From assembly GCA_963829525.1 (NCBI GenBank), contig CAWHIJ010000003.1, positions 128,001-192,000 of the forward strand: DNA of 64,000 nt, read 5' to 3'. Positions within the stretch are counted from its first letter, which is position 1. Each line of letters opens with the position of its first letter. The notes under the pieces were generated by a model. The model was not told the origin of the DNA. It did no database searches and saw nothing but the letters and a program-made list of their open reading frames with translations. This DNA is from an uncultured Actinomycetota bacterium. Its GTDB lineage: Bacteria > Actinomycetota > Actinomycetes > JAHEKZ01. Made by a program: the position numbers and the translations under genes. This document shows, piece by piece, positions 60,598 to 64,000 of this stretch.

Positions 60598-61185
60598 TCA
60601 CGCCGTCGGCGGGATGTCCGTCCGATGGAAGTTCAAGAACGACTTGCTCGGCGTCGGGCCACGCTGGCCCTGGTAGCGCGAGCCGTACTTTGCCGAACCG
60701 TACGGGTGCTCAGCCGGTGAAGAAAGCCGGAAGAGGCAGAGCTGCCCGATCTTCATCCCGGGCCAGAGCTTGATGGGGAGCGTCGCGACGTTGCTCAGCT
60801 CGAGCGTGACGTGACCGCTGAAGCCGGGGTCGATGAAGCCGGCCGTCGAGTGCGTCAGAAGGCCGAGACGGCCGAGTGATGACTTGCCCTCCAGTCGTCC
60901 GGCAACGTCGTCGGGGAGGCTCACGACCTCGTAGGTCGACGCGAGAGCGAACTCTCCGGGGTGCAAGATGAACGGCTCATCGCCGTCGGGCTCGACCATG
61001 CGCGTGAGGTCGGGTTGCTCCTGTGCCGGGTCGATGTGCGGGTAACGGTGGTTCTCGAACACCCGGAAGTAGCGGTCGAGACGGACATCGACGCTGGATG
61101 GCTGGACCATCGCGGTGTCGAAGGGCTCGAGCTGGACGCGTCCAGCAGCGATCTCAGCCTGGATGTCACGGTCGGAGAGGAGCAC
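60598..61185 (-). CDS. dcd: dCTP deaminase
   Basis: [45 protein letters not shown]. Confidence 0.95.
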   Translation of the reverse strand: MLLSDRDIQAEIAAGRVQLEPFDTAMVQPSSVDVRLDRYFRVFENHRYPHIDPAQEQPDLTRMVEPDGDEPFILHPGEFALASTYEVVSLPDDVAGRLEGKSSLGRLGLLTHSTAGFIDPGFSGHVTLELSNVATLPIKLWPGMKIGQLCLFRLSSPAEHPYGSAKYGSRYQGQRGPTPSKSFLNFHRTDIPPTA

Positions 61186-61275
61186 GCGGGGAGACTACTA
61201 GCCCGACAATGCCCCGTGGCCCGGGCGGGTCCAGGTGCGGCATAATCACAGGTGCTCTCCCTCGGGGAGAGCCGC

Positions 61276-61346
61276 GCGGGTGTAGTTCAATGGTAGAACA
61301 TCAGCTTCCCAAGCTGACAGTGCGAGTTCGATTCTCGTCACCCGCT
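61276..61346 (+). tRNA. tRNA-Gly (anticodon CCC), CCA not encoded
   Basis: Acceptor stem GCGGGTG/CACCCGC, D arm GTTC..GAAC, anticodon arm TCAGC-TTCCCAA-GCTGA, T loop GTTCGATTC. Confidence 0.95.
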
Positions 61347-61454
61347 CCCCTCCCTCGGTGGGGCCCCCTCCCGCCGCGATCACCCGTTAGGCCCAGCGCT
61401 GACGGCGGCACGGCGTCGATGCATAGGGGACTGAAAGAGGTGGCCGACTTCGTG

Positions 61455-62261
61455 ATGCGTACCCGCCTGGGCGCACTCGCCCTCGCTGCAGGAGCGATCG
61501 TCTCGATGGTCGCCGCCCCAGCAGCGTCCGTGATCGCCCCCAACCCAGTGCTTCCAACGGCCAACGCCAAGTGGGACTACCAAATCGGAAAGCCCTATAC
61601 CCCGCGCAAGGGCGTCACCGTGGTCTCGCGCGACCGTACCGAAGCGCCACTCGCCGGCGCGTACACGATGTGTTACGTCAACGCCTACCAAACTCAGCCG
61701 GACAGGGTGCGTTGGTGGAAGAACAACCACGACAACCTGCTGCTGAAGAAGCCTGGCGGCGGTTACGTCGTTGACAGCTATTGGGGCGAGGTTCTCTTTG
61801 ACATCGGAACTCCCGAGAAGCGAGACGCGCTCGCCAGCATTGTCAACGGCTGGATCACCCGGTGCGCAGATGACGGCTTTCAGGCAGTGGAGCCCGACAA
61901 TCTCGACTCGTGGACGCGGTCCAACCGGCTACTGACCCGCGATCAAGCCTTCGCCTTCGCAAAACTCCTGATCGACCACGCCCACTCCAACGGTCTCGCC
62001 ATCGGACAGAAGAACGCAGCCGGCCAGACAGCGCGCGGCAAAACCGCCGGCTTTGATTTTGCCGTTGCCGAGGAATGTGGGAGATACAAGGAGTGCAATG
62101 CCTACACCGCTGCTTACGGCGACCAGGTGTACGTCATCGAGTACCGACTTCAAGACTTCACTTACTCGTGCGAGCGCTGGGGTAGCGAGCTCTCGATCAT
62201 CCTGCGCGATCGCAACGTCACTGCTCCCGGCTCGAAGACCTACGTCTACAAGGCCTGTTGA
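61455..62261 (+). CDS. Secreted endo-alpha-1,4-polygalactosaminidase (GH114-like)
   Basis: Signal peptide, WDYQIG, CYVNAYQTQP, GFQAVEPDNLDS, IGQKN, FAVAEEC, VIEY. Confidence 0.85.
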   Translation: MRTRLGALALAAGAIVSMVAAPAASVIAPNPVLPTANAKWDYQIGKPYTPRKGVTVVSRDRTEAPLAGAYTMCYVNAYQTQPDRVRWWKNNHDNLLLKKPGGGYVVDSYWGEVLFDIGTPEKRDALASIVNGWITRCADDGFQAVEPDNLDSWTRSNRLLTRDQAFAFAKLLIDHAHSNGLAIGQKNAAGQTARGKTAGFDFAVAEECGRYKECNAYTAAYGDQVYVIEYRLQDFTYSCERWGSELSIILRDRNVTAPGSKTYVYKAC

Positions 62262-62908
62262 CGCGACACTCTCCGCGGGATCACCAACCACGCCCCGACG
62301 AGGAAGCAGAGCGCGCCCAACAGCGTCCCACCGTTAGACCATCTCGCGTTCAGCAGTTCGTTCGTGGACGGGACCACATAAGCGCCGACCGCGGATATGC
62401 CGAAGAAGATCGACCCGACCATGTTGAACGTGCTGATCGTCCACGAACGGTCGCGAGCGTGTCCGTGCCGATGACGTCGGACGTCCGGCATCAGCGCAAT
62501 GGCGCTGGAGACTAGGAAGAGAATCGAGCCAACGGCGTCCGGGCGCCAGATCACCTGGTTCTCGACCGCCTGTCGTCCCGATAGGTCAACCAAGGCGGCC
62601 AGCGTCGTGACGTTGAAGAAGATCGTGCCGATCCACTGGATCCAGGAACTGGTCCAGGCCGGCGCTCGGCTCAGCAGGGCCGCGGTTGTGCTGGCGGTCG
62701 GTCCCTCCGGTCCCGACCGCCAGGCCAGGCGCATCTGGATGCTGGACGCCGAGGTGAAGAAGATCGACCCGACGAAGAAGGTGAGCGCACCAACGACCGG
62801 AGACCAGCTGGTACTGAGGCTGAAGACCACGCCAACGGCGAAGCAAGCCGAGCCAATGACGAAGAGCCACCCCATCCAGGTGGTGGCGCGGAGAGAGGGC
62901 GTTGGCAC
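62246..62908 (-). CDS. YrhK-like membrane protein
   Basis: Repeated LFVIGSACF / FFVGSIFFT / VGSILFLVSS / LGALCFLVG helices. Start estimated. Confidence 0.65.
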   Translation of the reverse strand: MPTPSLRATTWMGWLFVIGSACFAVGVVFSLSTSWSPVVGALTFFVGSIFFTSASSIQMRLAWRSGPEGPTASTTAALLSRAPAWTSSWIQWIGTIFFNVTTLAALVDLSGRQAVENQVIWRPDAVGSILFLVSSAIALMPDVRRHRHGHARDRSWTISTFNMVGSIFFGISAVGAYVVPSTNELLNARWSNGGTLLGALCFLVGAWLVIPRRVSRQQAL

Positions 62909-62948
62909 GACGGTGATCTTACGGAGGTCGGAGCCGCAACGTTGGCCA

Positions 62949-64000
62949 TCACACTCGATGCTGCGGCGGCGTCCACACCCAGATCTCAGACGGGGCAAGA
63001 GCCGCCGAAATCACCTTGCTGAGCTCTCGCTGGACCTTGCCGGCATCCATCTGGTGACGAAGCCCCTCTGCGAATGCGTCCGCAGTGCGTTGACCGTCGT
63101 AGGCGGTTCGGTCGAACCGCCGATCGACGGCCCCTCGGACGCGCCGCAGCACGGGCTGGAACACAGCCGCTGCGGCGAGTGTCGCGATTGCGATCGGCCC
63201 CGACCCCGATCCTGGAACGAGGTTGGTCAGAGAGGTCACGACAATTGCGTACACCCCGACTACCGCCGCACTCACGAGCGCGTATGAGATCGAGCGGCTG
63301 ACGATCCGGTCGATCTCGTAGAGGCGATAACGCATCACGGCAATCCCGATTGCGATCGGGATGAGGGCGTACATGATGACGACAACCTGGTTCAGCACGT
63401 CCTCGACATTCCACGGCACGGCGAACGAGAGAATGAACGTGCCGATCACGATGGACGCAGCCCATGCGACCCAGCGAATCTGGGCACGCTCGACCGAGCC
63501 TGCGTGTCGGTAGCGCACCACGACTGATGCCGCACTCACGAAGAAGCAGGCAAGCAGCGGCAGCCCGAGCAAGGGAAAGATCGTGTCGATGTGGGCAATG
63601 ACCCATTCGCTCGCAACGGGGTTGGCAACTCCCGGACGCACTTCGGCATACGCCGCACTGATGAGGACCGTCCCCGTCACAAGCAGCGCGATCGAGAAGT
63701 TCGAGAACCACCGCCAACGCGGGGAAGGGAGCCGTCCATCGGGAAACCTCAGAAGCACCTGGGTGAAGAGAAGCCCGACCGGCGGTAGCCAGATCCAACC
63801 GGTGTCATCGCCGCCGGCGAACCAAAGAAACCAGGCTGCGACTTGCGGATGAGAGTCGGCGAGCGAGTCACCCAGCGCGTAGGCGGGGGCTGCGAGGGCA
63901 AAGCATCCCGACACGAAGAGAAGCATCCAGCCGAGCGGGTTCCGCGGAATCCGCGACGCCAACAGCCAGCCGACTGCCGCCGCGGACCCAACCAAGACTC
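62949..64000 (-). CDS. Multi-pass membrane protein resembling the sensor region of actinobacterial histidine kinases (5' end outside window)
   Basis: PRNPLGW, LRFPDGRLPSPRWR, ERAQIRW, AVMRYRLYEID, VDRRFDR..YD. Stops with no kinase core. Confidence 0.7.
   Translation of the reverse strand, partial: VLVGSAAAVGWLLASRIPRNPLGWMLLFVSGCFALAAPAYALGDSLADSHPQVAAWFLWFAGGDDTGWIWLPPVGLLFTQVLLRFPDGRLPSPRWRWFSNFSIALLVTGTVLISAAYAEVRPGVANPVASEWVIAHIDTIFPLLGLPLLACFFVSAASVVVRYRHAGSVERAQIRWVAWAASIVIGTFILSFAVPWNVEDVLNQVVVIMYALIPIAIGIAVMRYRLYEIDRIVSRSISYALVSAAVVGVYAIVVTSLTNLVPGSGSGPIAIATLAAAAVFQPVLRRVRGAVDRRFDRTAYDGQRTADAFAEGLRHQMDAGKVQRELSKVISAALAPSEIWVWTPPQHRV

Noticed and set aside
61023-61454. N-terminal extension of the GH114 ORF
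   Set aside because: It overlaps dcd and tRNA-Gly; the signal peptide begins at 61455
61330-64000. Integrative element at tRNA-Gly
   Set aside because: No integrase and no duplicated tRNA 3' end within the window

Overview
High-GC actinobacterial chromosomal window, mostly conserved core backbone. It carries a polyamine-type ABC transporter start, purL-purQ-purS, galE, purC-purB-purD, an OmpR/PhoP-like two-component pair, a class III aminotransferase, purA, cls, DUF3151, trmH, dedA, lemA, pyrE, the dnaK-grpE-dnaJ-hspR-clpB operon with a HAIR operator, an Fe-S oxidoreductase, dcd and tRNA-Gly(CCC). About 5-15 kb is full of single-base indels that break essential genes, most likely consensus errors. 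Two accessory blocks stand out. (i) 28.6-39.4 kb is an amide-bond module: an ATP-grasp ligase with a Lys-rich N-terminus, two paralogous C45 Ntn-hydrolases, an amidase, a DmpA peptidase, an MFS transporter and a small HTH protein. One C45 carries an N-terminal segment resembling the HTH protein and has a tandem palindromic operator over its promoter. (ii) 39.4-48.8 kb is a SigB/SigF general-stress island with at least six GTTT-N15/16-GGGTA-type promoters. Three small ORFs below the ORF-track cutoff were read by hand: a 43-aa sigma-controlled peptide and a tandem pair of 47/56-aa paralogues sharing an IWRY...ERL motif. No CRISPR array, rRNA, transposase or integrase was seen.
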